This document shows, piece by piece, positions 31,136 to 40,699 of a DNA stretch of 64,000 bases. The stretch is from a virus. The stretch spans positions 35,669 to 99,668 of the IMG/VR virus record IMGVR_UViG_3300050821_008688. One strand, given 5' to 3'. Position 1 is the first letter of the stretch. Each line of letters begins with the position of its first letter. The position numbers were made by a program, and so were the translations under genes. The notes under the pieces are model-generated. The model was not told the DNA's origin and made no database searches. It was given only the letters and a program-made list of their open reading frames with translations.

Positions 31136-32131
31136 ATGATTCTGCCGCCCGGAGTTCAGTCAACAACCCTTGCTGCTTTCCCGCAGATTGCGTACGACCG
31201 CACTGCGATTTTGGAGTGGCAGTTCAACACTCCGTTCCTTGAGGAACTTTGCGACTTTCGTCCGCTGCCTCGCCGGTCTGGTCGGACGCTCCAGTTCTAC
31301 GGCCAACAGCCGTATGCTGCTGCGACCTATGACCTGTCCGAAGGTATTCCGGGACCGTCGCTGCAACTCAACCAAGTTTTCTCTGATGCATTCGCCGATG
31401 AATATGGCGACTGGATTGGAATTTCAAACGTCGCTCAACAGATGTTCCTCGCGGACATTACGTTGGACGCAAGCCGCAACTTGTCGTATCGGGGCGCTCT
31501 CACGAGCAACTTGATTGCGATAAACGGCTTTGAAGCGGCTGCGACGGCGCAGGCTTCCGCGCGTATCGATTTGCTTGACAACGAATACATGTTGTCAAAC
31601 ACGATTCGCAAATCTGAGTCTCAGTTGATGGGCAACGCGGTTCCGGGGCGCGACGGCGGGTTGTATACGTCGGCGATGCATCCGTATGTTGTTTATGACT
31701 TTTGCTCAGATAACAGTGCGGGTTCCGCAGTTGACGTTATGAAGCGCGTCGAGTCGGGTCAGGCGTTTTTCAAGTCCGACATGACGAAGGGCTACTCAGT
31801 TTTAGAATGGGCTGGAGTTCGTATCATCCGCACGCAGACCGTGCCGACGTACGCGAACTATCCGTCCACCGGCAAGACGGGCTACGCCACGTATGTGGTT
31901 GGCCGCGAAGCAATGATGGCTTCCGAGCTACTGGGAAATCGCGTTCCGCGTAATCCCAGTTTCAAGGTGAACGTCAAGACCTTCGGCGACAACGACATTG
32001 ATTTGAGCAACCCGATGTTGCAGACCCGAGCAATCGTTTCGTACGATTGGTTCTTGGGCGTAGTCGCGCGTCCCAACACGAACAACACTCCGGGCTTTCG
32101 CCGGATTCGTGGTGAAGTGAGCGCGGTCTAA
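31136..32131 (+). CDS. major capsid protein (N4-gp56-like, HK97 fold)
   Basis: PLPRRSGRTLQF, LSEGIP, EYGDWIGIS, MHPYVVYD, WAGVRII, NPMLQ. Confidence 0.88.
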   Translation: MILPPGVQSTTLAAFPQIAYDRTAILEWQFNTPFLEELCDFRPLPRRSGRTLQFYGQQPYAAATYDLSEGIPGPSLQLNQVFSDAFADEYGDWIGISNVAQQMFLADITLDASRNLSYRGALTSNLIAINGFEAAATAQASARIDLLDNEYMLSNTIRKSESQLMGNAVPGRDGGLYTSAMHPYVVYDFCSDNSAGSAVDVMKRVESGQAFFKSDMTKGYSVLEWAGVRIIRTQTVPTYANYPSTGKTGYATYVVGREAMMASELLGNRVPRNPSFKVNVKTFGDNDIDLSNPMLQTRAIVSYDWFLGVVARPNTNNTPGFRRIRGEVSAV

Positions 32132-32194
32132 ACTTTTGCTCTATCCAAGAGGGGTAGCATAAAACCCTGCCCAACTTTTTAAGGGAGAATTAAA

Positions 32195-32803
32195 ATGTCG
32201 AATGCTTCTACAGTTCGTCGGCAGATTGCGGGAACGCAACAGTTGACCATCGCTCCGTTGCTGGGCACGGTCATTACGACTACGCCGACCGCGTTTCAGT
32301 TGAATAACAACGGCCTGACGCTGACTGGTGGCGGGGTTATCCCGCTGTCCGCTGGTGTTACTGGTCTGTATGCGGGTACGGGCGAGGTGTTGAGGTATCG
32401 CGCTACTGGCACGTACACGGGCGCAACGGCGGCTTCAACCACGTTGAAACTGCAAGCCTATGAAATTCCTGCGGCTTTGCTGCCAATCGCTAATACATTG
32501 GTGGCCGCGCAAACGTTTACAAACTGGAATCCAATTGTTCCAGCTTCTAACGCGACAGCGGTTGGTCAGGCCACGGGTTCTTTTGCTGTTGACCTTCGCG
32601 TGCAGTTGGACGCCTTCGGCAATTTGAGCGGTTCTATCAAGTTTCTTATTGATGGCACGGTGATTGTGCCAGAGACCGCGATTACCGTGGTCACGGGTTT
32701 GGTCGGTGAGGCCGATTTGAACTTTGTGATTGTGGCGACGCTGGGGACGGCAACAACGGGAGTCATTCTTACTCTAGATGAGTTTGGTCTGGACCTTGAA
32801 TAA
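32195..32803 (+). CDS. capsid decoration or cement protein (putative)
   Basis: beta-rich, directly after the MCP, followed by a terminator. Confidence 0.55.
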   Translation: MSNASTVRRQIAGTQQLTIAPLLGTVITTTPTAFQLNNNGLTLTGGGVIPLSAGVTGLYAGTGEVLRYRATGTYTGATAASTTLKLQAYEIPAALLPIANTLVAAQTFTNWNPIVPASNATAVGQATGSFAVDLRVQLDAFGNLSGSIKFLIDGTVIVPETAITVVTGLVGEADLNFVIVATLGTATTGVILTLDEFGLDLE

Positions 32804-32845
32804 GTCGGGCGCACGATAAACGAATCGGGCGCAAGCCCAATTAAC

Positions 32846-32878
32846 ATGCTCTGGGCTAAAACCCAGAGCATTTTTTTT
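32846..32878 (+). terminator. rho-independent terminator
   Basis: ATGCTCTGGG/CCCAGAGCAT stem followed by a T run. Confidence 0.85.
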
Positions 32879-32892
32879 ACAGGAGGTGTAAG

Positions 32893-33830
32893 ATGTCAGG
32901 TTACCTTTATCCGTATGCTTTTCCAGCAATGAGTGCGCAGGGCACCGAGGCGTTTGGAAAACTCATTGACCCGGTGACGGGTCTCATTACCACACCGAAC
33001 AGCCAGATTACCGATACGCCCGCGAACGTTGCGAAGGCTATCTCGGCGGTGTATGCAGGCGAGGGGCAAAACGTTTTTCCGTTGCTCCGTATTACAAAGT
33101 AAATTTGAACGGAGGAAAAATGAACCTTTTCATCGTGGCGGCTATTTTGGTGTCTATTGCGGCATTCTTTGACCAGTTTACCACGCAGTTGTGTATTAAG
33201 GCGGGTGACATTGAGGCCAACCAAGTGCTGGACTGGTTGTATCGCACGAATAAACCGACACCACTACAGGGCTACGGGTTCAGCGTTCTTGCAATTGCTG
33301 CTGAGATTTCATTGTACTTGGCGCTGTATCATTTTTTTGGGCTTTGGATTGGCGTAGGCATCATACTATTGTCGGCGGAAACCGCAGTGCATGTGGCTTG
33401 CGCTATTAGCAACTACAAACTCGTGAAAACAGGCAAGGCATTGTTTGTACTGTAAGGGAGACACCATGATTTCTCTAATTTTGATTCCAGTGAAATTGGG
33501 TATTTGGCTCGCAGTCGCGGCCCTTGTACCGGCGTCATATTATGGGGCGCTATTTGTAAAGCAAGTTATTTTCAAGAAACCGGGTGGATTGTTTACCGCC
33601 AAGTTTTAAGGTCTCGCAGGAGGGATGTTATGACGCTTATAGTACCAGTTGTGAATCCGAGTTTGGCTCTGATTACGCCCGGTTATCCTTTGGTTGTTAT
33701 TCCAAAGTCAAATCCAACGGCGGGGGCAGAACTGGCTGAACCGCCACAAAATCCAACGGGTGTGGCTCAATCGGCAGTTAAACAAAAAGCCATTGCTCAG
33801 GCTGGTCATCAAAACGACCGGGTGATATAA
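32893..33830 (+). other. four small genes (32893-33102; membrane proteins 33120-33455 and 33466-33609; 33630-33830)
   Basis: GGAG RBSs; 33120 has the D..TT...G..EAN pattern of DUF5658-like membrane proteins. Confidence 0.55.
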
Positions 33831-33858
33831 AATTTTTATAGGGGGAATAATCCCACGA

Positions 33859-33975
33859 TACTGGCGGGCTGCATCTTTCAAAGCGACGCTAGGCACGGTC
33901 GGATGTTGTAGCGTTCGGCACGGCATTTCGGTCGCCACAGGTCATTGCAGGACCGGGGTGCAGCCCAGACCAGTA
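33859..33975 (+). ncRNA. unannotated structured RNA 1
   Basis: TACTGG/CCAGTA and GGGCTGCATC/GGTGCAGCCC closing stems, with internal arms. Confidence 0.6.
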
Positions 33976-33983
33976 AACAGTTT

Positions 33984-34061
33984 CGCGGGGTCGTCTAGTC
34001 CGGTCTAAGACGCGGGTCTCATAAACCTGCATCGTGGGTTCAAATCCCACCCCCGCTACCA
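33984..34061 (+). tRNA. tRNA-Met(CAT), initiator-like
   Basis: cloverleaf, C1:U72 mismatch, anticodon CAT, TTCAAAT T-loop, encoded CCA. Confidence 0.92.
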
Positions 34062-34066
34062 TTTTC

Positions 34067-34141
34067 GCGGGCTTGGCCTATTGGCAGGGCATCTGCCTTC
34101 CAAGCAGAAAAAAAAGAGTCCGATTCTCTTAGCCCGCTCCA
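34067..34141 (+). tRNA. tRNA-Gly(TCC)
   Basis: GCGGGCT/AGCCCGC acceptor, CTTCCAA loop, U73, CCA; T-loop TCCGATT. Confidence 0.9.
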
Positions 34142-34190
34142 TATTTTTCTTGACTGGACAGGGAAGTGAGGAGTAGTATCAAACGTATAT

Positions 34191-34320
34191 CAGGGTAAGG
34201 CCCGCGTGGATTGCGGCATGCAGCGGAGTGATAGGAATAGTACCTCTGGCCGAGGGAAGACCCAATCAACTCAAACAGACATGCGAATCCTAAAGCCTTG
34301 TAAGAGGGGCGGGCCTCCTG
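34191..34320 (+). ncRNA. unannotated structured RNA 2
   Basis: promoter TTGACT-N18-TAGTAT upstream; AGGCCCGC/GCGGGCCT, GGATT/AATCC and GCATG/CATGC stems; GTAA tetraloop; T run after. Confidence 0.6.
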
Positions 34321-34330
34321 CTTTTTCTAT

Positions 34331-34403
34331 GCCGGTGTGATGATAGACGCTAGGAACCTACGGTGAAATCCACCACAGCCTCCGGGAGAGGCAACCGGCT
34401 CCA
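34331..34403 (+). ncRNA. tRNA-like RNA 3 with CCA end
   Basis: GCCGGT/ACCGGC followed by T-CCA; GCCTC/GAGGC hairpin in the T-arm position. Confidence 0.6.
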
Positions 34404-34409
34404 TTTTTG

Positions 34410-34474
34410 TGGAGTGGGTGCATACGAAGACCATTGGCGACGTATGCATGGTTAGAGACCGAACCACTCCAGCC
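34410..34474 (+). ncRNA. tRNA-like RNA 4
   Basis: TGGAGTGG/CCACTCCA, TGCATACG/CGTATGCA, GGTT/GACC. Confidence 0.55.
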
Positions 34475-34537
34475 TTTTTAGGAGTACTGAGATGATTGAC
34501 GTGTGTGATGGAACGATAACAGGTGGCGTGACAACTC

Positions 34538-34612
34538 GCCCCTGTAGCGTTAAGGCAGAGCGCCGCACCCGTAATGCGGAGGTTGGTGGTTCAAGTCCAC
34601 TCAGGGGCTCCA
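34538..34612 (+). tRNA. tRNA-Thr(CGT)
   Basis: cloverleaf, loop CCCGTAA, TTCAAGT T-loop, CCA. Confidence 0.88.
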
Positions 34613-34615
34613 TTT

Positions 34616-34691
34616 TGGGATGTGGCTCAACTGGTACAGCAGGTGATTGTTAATCACCCACTTGTAGGTCCGATTCCTACCGTCCCAGCCA
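34616..34691 (+). tRNA. tRNA-Asn(GTT)
   Basis: cloverleaf, loop TTGTTAA, G73, CCA. Confidence 0.88.
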
Positions 34692-34705
34692 GTTCGGAGA
34701 ATGTG

Positions 34706-35362
34706 ATGATTAATATGGCTCCTGATTGTGAATTGATTGGCTATATTTTGCGGCACGGTGAGACAGTTCTGAACGCCAATAATTGTTGGCGCGGTTGGGA
34801 AAACCCGCCGCTCAATGAAAAAGGTACGGAGGCTGCCGAAGCTGCCGGTCACTATCTCGGGTTTCAAAAGCTAGGCCGTATTGTCAGTTCTGATTTGCTG
34901 CGCGCTTCGCAGACCGCAGAAATTGTTATGAGTTGCGCGAGTGTGGAATGCCCGTACATTTCCTACGACCCCAACCTTCGCCCGTGGGCTATTAGTAGTA
35001 AATTTGCCGGAATGGAAAAAACAGCGGAGCGATTGAAAGATTTCAAGTTTTATATTGACCACCCAGATGTACCGATTCCTCCAGACGGTGAGTCTTTGAA
35101 TCAACATCGTGACCGCAACGAAGTTATTTTTCCATATCTGGCTACACCGTATAAAGGTCTTCCGACTTTAGTCGTCTGTCACACAAGCAACGTGACTGCC
35201 GCTGTGCGACGCATCGATGAAGAGACGTTTCAGCAAGAAGAGTGGACCGATGTGGTTGAGCCCGGAGGATTAATTGCGGTGTATATGGATGGCAAAGGTA
35301 CTCTTAGCGTAATACCTGTTTTGGGCGCAGTGAAAACAGAACCACAACCGGAAGCATCCTAA
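34706..35362 (+). CDS. histidine phosphatase (phosphoglycerate-mutase family)
   Basis: LRHGET, SSDLLRASQTA, DGES, VVCH. Confidence 0.9.
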   Translation: MINMAPDCELIGYILRHGETVLNANNCWRGWENPPLNEKGTEAAEAAGHYLGFQKLGRIVSSDLLRASQTAEIVMSCASVECPYISYDPNLRPWAISSKFAGMEKTAERLKDFKFYIDHPDVPIPPDGESLNQHRDRNEVIFPYLATPYKGLPTLVVCHTSNVTAAVRRIDEETFQQEEWTDVVEPGGLIAVYMDGKGTLSVIPVLGAVKTEPQPEAS

Positions 35363-35373
35363 CGAGGTGATGT

Positions 35374-35937
35374 ATGGCAGACGAGCAAGCACCATATCAA
35401 GACCCGGCGACGCCGATTCTATCGCAGTCAACCGATATAGACGACGAAAAACGCGCCGACCTATTTGATATTTTCCACAACTCAAAAGACCACAACGAAC
35501 TGGCGCGCAAACTTCAGCCCGTGGCGGCTCCAGACCAGTTGAAATCGCAATTATTTGAAGCAAAAAAGAAATTTACTGTTACGGACCCCGCCGAGCGCGC
35601 CGCCGCGTCAATTGAGCGACTGGCGCAAATCAAACCTGAAATCTTGGACCTAGCCGAAAACCATCCAAATGTAATGAAGGCTTTTATGGCGACCGCTACA
35701 AAGGGGGAGGAAAAAGCCTCTGGGGAGCCCGCACAGGCGGGCGGGAAGCAGCCGGGGGGAAAGAGCCAAGGAACCGGGAAAGCTGCCCCAGTTGTCGTCC
35801 CAGACGTGCCGCCGACCCCTTCAGGGCATGCTCTGGTTAAAACCCGAGACCACGCAATCCATCACATCCCGGTAGAGAACATTGATAAAGCGCGCGCCAT
35901 TGACCCCGAATTGCAGGTTCTTCATGTGGAGCCCTAA
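35374..35937 (+). CDS. hypothetical protein, possible internal virion protein
   Basis: GAGG RBS; coupled to the next gene. Confidence 0.55.
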   Translation: MADEQAPYQDPATPILSQSTDIDDEKRADLFDIFHNSKDHNELARKLQPVAAPDQLKSQLFEAKKKFTVTDPAERAAASIERLAQIKPEILDLAENHPNVMKAFMATATKGEEKASGEPAQAGGKQPGGKSQGTGKAAPVVVPDVPPTPSGHALVKTRDHAIHHIPVENIDKARAIDPELQVLHVEP

Positions 35938-38799
35938 ATGTCTAGTTCGTCCACGTTGCCGCCTACCGTTAATACGCCGCCTGCTCCTAGTATTGCTGAT
36001 TTGTATGGCGACACAGGCCGACTTGTAGTCGCGCCGCCCGCGCCACCTGCCACAGTTACGGAACCGGACCCGAACCGTGTTCGTCCCGTTGAAGCCCTTG
36101 ATGCGGAATCCCCGTTTCTTCAGCACGTTGGTAAAGCTGTAGAAGGCGCGGGTCAGATGGTTAAATCTGTTGTGGCTCCCAAGGGCGCAACGGAAAAAGA
36201 ACGACTCAAAAATATTGCCAACGAAGCCCTGATTGAACCCGAAAAACAACAGACAATCAAAGCAGGCGAAGCCTTGAATCGCGCGGACGCCGAAAAAGCA
36301 GCGGGGCATCCTGTGCGCGCGGCCCTCGCCAAAGTGGAAGCGGGTGGACACGCGCTTGCGAGCGGTGTGCCCTTGGTCGGCCCGTGGGCTGCTGGTGTCG
36401 CTGAAGAAGCTGGACAGGAAATTGGACGGCGTGAGTACGGAGCCGCCGCTGGAGATGTGGTTGGAAACGTGGCGGTCGGAAAAGCATTAGAAGAGGGTGG
36501 CGAGGCAACAAAGGGCGCAGTAGAGAGCGCAGTGAGTCATGCGGGTGAGACTGCGAAAAATGCTATCAGTTCAGCGGGTTCTGAAGCGGGTAGGATGGCG
36601 CGTGCGACCGCTCCCGAAGGAAGTACAGAGGCAGGCTTTGCTAAGTTGGGCGGTAAGAAAGTAAGCGCCGCCAAGCCAGCCGCCGAACCTGTGGACTTGA
36701 GTCCTGCGTATGGTGCCACAGGAAAAGCAATTCCAGAAACTGAAGTTTCGCATACCGGTAATGCGGGCTCCATCAACGAAGTAAAAGTAAAACAGGGCGG
36801 CGAGGATATCGGGGCTCTGCATTTTACGCACGAGGGTGATGTCGCGTCGGTCAACGATACTTGGGTGGACCCGAAGTCGCAGGGTCAAGGTCACGGCCAG
36901 CGTCTGATAACCGAAGCTGCGGCTGCTGCAAAGAAAAACGGCGCGAAAGTTTTCACTTCGGACCCGAACGGCGAAACCAGTCCTGCTGCGGCTAACGCGT
37001 GGGATGCTCTCGTTCGCAGAGGGCAAGCTGAGGAAACGGGAAGTACGACCGGTCCAAAATATCAAATGAATCTAGAAGACCAAAGCGACACGTCTTTCAA
37101 GTTTGGCGAGAACATAGAGCCTGAAAAGTCTACGACCGTGCCTGATTTTGCTCAAAAAGCTGCGGACATTGCGAAGACACAAGGCGGCGGATTCACTATA
37201 GACCCACGCACGGGCGAGGTTCCGAAGACTGGCTATCAAATTGAAGCGGCTCCCGAACAGCGTGTGACGCTGGACCATCCTGCGACCGCGAAAGATATTC
37301 AAGAATTCGCAAACAAGAACAGAGACCTACTCGACAAACATCCTGAGTTGCACGTCGGCGGCTACGGCAATGAGTTGAACATTAGCGCAAAGGTGGACTC
37401 GCTAGAGGCTGCGAAGCAGGTGGCAAAAAAACTTGACCAGATTTCTGTTTGGGATAACGCCAAAGGCGAAGAAGTTAAGACGGGCGGCACGAGTCAGCGT
37501 CAGGAGTTTTCAAATTACCCACTGGCCGAACGGCTTAATGAACTGAAGGGAAACACCGCTTCTGATATTCCGGGGTTTGAGCACCTGTCAAAAGATTTCC
37601 ACGATAACATGGAGCCCGATGAACGCGAATACTTGAAAGGCAACAAACTCCTTCAGCGGAATGCGATGAAAGAGTACCACAAACTTTCTCCGTCCGTTCC
37701 TGAGACCACGAACGCGATGCAGGCGGGTGCGGCGCTGGGCGGCTGGTGGCAGCGGTACATCGATGTGTTCCACGATTTGACTGACGGCGGCAAGGAAGTC
37801 GCCAACACCGTGGGTCCGTCACACGCGGAAACTTTGAAGCAATGGCATGCGGCGCTCTCGGGAAATAAATCCGTTCAGGACGCGAACAATATAGCGTGGC
37901 ATTCTTACGCCGACTGGCTTGATGCGGGAAAGCCGACTGACCGACCGAGTATTGATGCTATTGTTCGGAAAACCGGTGCGCAGCCCGAGGGTAGTGGCAA
38001 GAGAGGTAACGCGGCTATTTCTGACACGCTTGATAAAAAAGGTAAAGTCAAACATGAAGGTTTGGATACAACCAAGCTATTCAATCTCGTAAATAGTCCT
38101 GAAATGAAAGGTGAGCGTCCTTTCTCGGGTAATGCGTTTGATGAGGGCTCTAAAAACCCACTGATGGGAACGACCGAGGGTGCGCGCAAAATTCCCTCGA
38201 TGGGCGCGACTGTTGCTGGTAAGGGGAATTTGAATCGTCTTGTACTTGATGCCCATATGCGAGACTTTTATGGACTCAGCACAACTCACGGTCCCGCTGC
38301 GCAATATATTGCTGACTCCGTGCATCTGCGGCAGGCGGCAAAAGCCCTTGGATTGAAGGGCGGCGAGGGGCAGGAACAACTGTGGGGGACGGTGCTTGGT
38401 TTGAAAACGCTCATAAAAGAGGGATTGACAAACCCGGAAGTTAGTGGTAAGTTGAACGCAGACGTAATCAATAAGATTGGTAAGGATTACGCGGAGGTAA
38501 TGGCAAATGACCCAGAAATCAGTCAACCCGGTGGCGTCCTCGACCGGCTCAAAGACAAATACGGCATTGGACGCGGAGCGGCTGGCGCTAGCGAAGCGTA
38601 TAGCAAAGCATCAGGCACCCGTACAAGTAAAGCTGGACCCGCAGGCGGCGAAACTCCAGTTAATCAGGCTCTCCTCGCAAAAACTGCTGAACGCATTAGA
38701 GGCCAAATCTCACCCTCAAAAATAAAGAAGCCTGCCGCTGCGCCGACTGAAGGTGGTTGGCTTTCCATGCTGAAAAATCCCGGTTCTAAAGCAAAATAA
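35938..38799 (+). CDS. large polyvalent or ejection-type protein with a GNAT domain and an HhH-glycosylase-like domain
   Basis: Ala/Gly-rich N-terminus; WVDPKSQGQGHGQRL (GNAT motif A); AALSGNKSV...LVLDAHM...QEQLW. Confidence 0.65.
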   Translation: MSSSSTLPPTVNTPPAPSIADLYGDTGRLVVAPPAPPATVTEPDPNRVRPVEALDAESPFLQHVGKAVEGAGQMVKSVVAPKGATEKERLKNIANEALIEPEKQQTIKAGEALNRADAEKAAGHPVRAALAKVEAGGHALASGVPLVGPWAAGVAEEAGQEIGRREYGAAAGDVVGNVAVGKALEEGGEATKGAVESAVSHAGETAKNAISSAGSEAGRMARATAPEGSTEAGFAKLGGKKVSAAKPAAEPVDLSPAYGATGKAIPETEVSHTGNAGSINEVKVKQGGEDIGALHFTHEGDVASVNDTWVDPKSQGQGHGQRLITEAAAAAKKNGAKVFTSDPNGETSPAAANAWDALVRRGQAEETGSTTGPKYQMNLEDQSDTSFKFGENIEPEKSTTVPDFAQKAADIAKTQGGGFTIDPRTGEVPKTGYQIEAAPEQRVTLDHPATAKDIQEFANKNRDLLDKHPELHVGGYGNELNISAKVDSLEAAKQVAKKLDQISVWDNAKGEEVKTGGTSQRQEFSNYPLAERLNELKGNTASDIPGFEHLSKDFHDNMEPDEREYLKGNKLLQRNAMKEYHKLSPSVPETTNAMQAGAALGGWWQRYIDVFHDLTDGGKEVANTVGPSHAETLKQWHAALSGNKSVQDANNIAWHSYADWLDAGKPTDRPSIDAIVRKTGAQPEGSGKRGNAAISDTLDKKGKVKHEGLDTTKLFNLVNSPEMKGERPFSGNAFDEGSKNPLMGTTEGARKIPSMGATVAGKGNLNRLVLDAHMRDFYGLSTTHGPAAQYIADSVHLRQAAKALGLKGGEGQEQLWGTVLGLKTLIKEGLTNPEVSGKLNADVINKIGKDYAEVMANDPEISQPGGVLDRLKDKYGIGRGAAGASEAYSKASGTRTSKAGPAGGETPVNQALLAKTAERIRGQISPSKIKKPAAAPTEGGWLSMLKNPGSKAK

Positions 38800-38826
38800 A
38801 AAAAGGAGCCCCAACTTCAGGGCTCC
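38798..38826 (-). terminator. rho-independent terminator between convergent genes
   Basis: GGAGCCC/GGGCTCC stem preceded by an A run. Confidence 0.75.
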
Positions 38827-38852
38827 AATTAGCCTATTTCGCCGCATAGTGG

Positions 38853-39714
38853 TTAGCTTTTCTTGCTTTTGCGCTTCTGCTTGGGCTTGTTTCCTTCGGT
38901 CAACAACGGCTGTGCCTCAATCGCAGGCACTTCAGTCGCGGGTTCCGCTGCCGGTAGCTCTGTCGAAACGACGTACTTGCTTTTTGGTAGCTCTGTTGAA
39001 ACAGCGAAGTCTACGTCTCGAACCGTTTCCGTTGCCGACTCTGCTATCTCGTTTGTGTTTCGTACTCCAGCACGACGAACGGCGATAACAGTGTGCATGC
39101 CTTCGGCGTCTGGGAACTTCAAGCGAACCACCGCCACCAGTTCTGTTCCTTCCGGCACTAAATTCGCTGGTAACAACTCTTCTATCAGCGATTGCGGCGG
39201 AAGAAAACTTTCCGCCACTAACTTGAGAAGTTGAACGAACCGTGACTGCGGTACTTCTTGCTGCTGTGCTGATTCTTGGCTCATGTTTACCCCCTCCTGT
39301 GGGATTGTTTCAAATTTACTTCTCAATAATTCTTTGGACTTATACCGAAAAGGTTCGCCACGAGTGTTTGACCACCTCGCGTTTTTGCTTCGCGGTGTCT
39401 AACGTAATCCAGAATTCCTCGCCGTCTGGAAAAAGTTCGTGATTGTTTATGAATGTAGCGAACGATTCCGCCAAGCGCAGGTTGTCAAATTCCATCGCTT
39501 GGGACTTATCGTGGGCTACGATGATTCGCGGCGAGGCTCCTTTTTCTTTCTGTTGAGCGATAACAAAGTAGCGCCGCTTCGCAACCGGTGCATCTGGTCT
39601 TGGAGTGACCAGATAAAAACTTTCGGTGCATCGGGGTTGAATTGGAAGTTCTGATACGTCATCTACATGGGCTCTAAACGCATGCGGGGAATACACCATC
39701 GCTGGTTTGTTCAC
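38853..39714 (-). other. two hypothetical genes (38853-39326, 39340-39714)
   Basis: coupled ORFs in a leftward operon. Confidence 0.6.
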
Positions 39715-39938
39715 GCTGTTCTCCGTTGTGCGAGTTTTGTACGGAATGCTCGGATGTGGTCACAAATCAAATCGCGAAACTGATTGTGCTCACAGGAGCA
39801 AATCCATCTGCGACCCCGTTTCACGACCGTATGATTGACGCGGGTGCCGCGCGACCGAGATTGGACTATCCCGTAGGCGATAACACCGAACCTTCGGGCC
39901 TTTGCGATTCTGACTGATAATACTTTGGGTAGTTTCAT
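39711..39938 (-). CDS. SWIM zinc-finger protein
   Basis: WICSCEHNQFRDLICDHIRA; leaderless from TTGACA-N17-GACACT. Confidence 0.75.
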   Translation of the reverse strand: MKLPKVLSVRIAKARRFGVIAYGIVQSRSRGTRVNHTVVKRGRRWICSCEHNQFRDLICDHIRAFRTKLAQRRTA

Positions 39939-40046
39939 AACGCTAGTGTCTCAGCAAACGGTCGCGGTGTCAAGAGAATAACGACAAAACGAAAGTACCG
40001 ATTTTTAAGGCTTGACACCAGTACGTTCGTTTGGTACTATTCACAA

Positions 40047-40370
40047 ATGTCGCCACGCCTTGCGGACCTTCTAGCTCTCCTAGCGATTCCAGAGTTTTTA
40101 GTATTGGTGTGGATTGCCATTCAAGGGCAGGTGGTGTGGCATTACGAGCGAGAAACATATAGGATGGCGAAAGAGCGGTATGACGAGAGGGCCAAATGGC
40201 GCGAACAAAAAAGGCAACAACTCCTGAAGAAAGAGAACGAGAAAAAGACCGAAGGCTCCAGCATAAATACAATATCACCCTTGCCGGTCGAAACCAACTC
40301 GCTGTCGAGCAAAATTTCAAGTGTAAAATCTGTGGCGGCCCCCTCGACCAGTTCGGACCTTGTTGCGTAG
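40047..40370 (+). CDS. membrane protein, overlapping the endonuclease gene
   Basis: leaderless ATG 6 nt after TACTAT; N-terminal TM followed by a charged helix. Confidence 0.55.
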   Translation: MSPRLADLLALLAIPEFLVLVWIAIQGQVVWHYERETYRMAKERYDERAKWREQKRQQLLKKENEKKTEGSSINTISPLPVETNSLSSKISSVKSVAAPSTSSDLVA

Positions 40371-40699
40371 ACCACTATCACTTTAAGGTGCGGGCGTCTC
40401 TTGAGATTCATCCATACTCAAAGGATGTAAAATGGCTTGCGCAGACGTATAATGAACAGGGTAACATAGTTGATGTTCGGCACGCGAAGACGAAGGCGGT
40501 GGCTATCTCGGACGCGAAGCGCGCAGGCTTGAAGTGGGCTATCCGTGGGCTGCTCTGCGTCAAATGTAATTATGGACTGGGCTGTGTTGAGAGATTCTTT
40601 GACGCGGCGGCGCACCCGGAAAATCTGGACCCGGTGCGGACGTATCTCTCAAATCGCCTGTACCATCCGAATTCGCTTGACACGAAACCAGTACTTTAG
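40196..40699 (+). CDS. recombination endonuclease VII family
   Basis: KYNITL...QNFKCKIC...VDHYH...IRGLLCVKCNYGLG. Confidence 0.88.
   Translation: MARTKKATTPEEREREKDRRLQHKYNITLAGRNQLAVEQNFKCKICGGPLDQFGPCCVDHYHFKVRASLEIHPYSKDVKWLAQTYNEQGNIVDVRHAKTKAVAISDAKRAGLKWAIRGLLCVKCNYGLGCVERFFDAAAHPENLDPVRTYLSNRLYHPNSLDTKPVL

Noticed and set aside
34191-34320. 6S RNA, SRP RNA or tmRNA
   Set aside because: Too short for tmRNA, no SRP GGAA motif and no 6S-like central bubble; left as unknown
34574-34705. N-terminal extension of the histidine phosphatase ORF
   Set aside because: Overlaps tRNA-Thr and tRNA-Asn; the real start is near 34706 after GGAG
32195-38799. Tail-less phage (no tail tube, tape measure or endolysin seen)
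   Set aside because: The window is only part of the genome, so these genes may lie outside it
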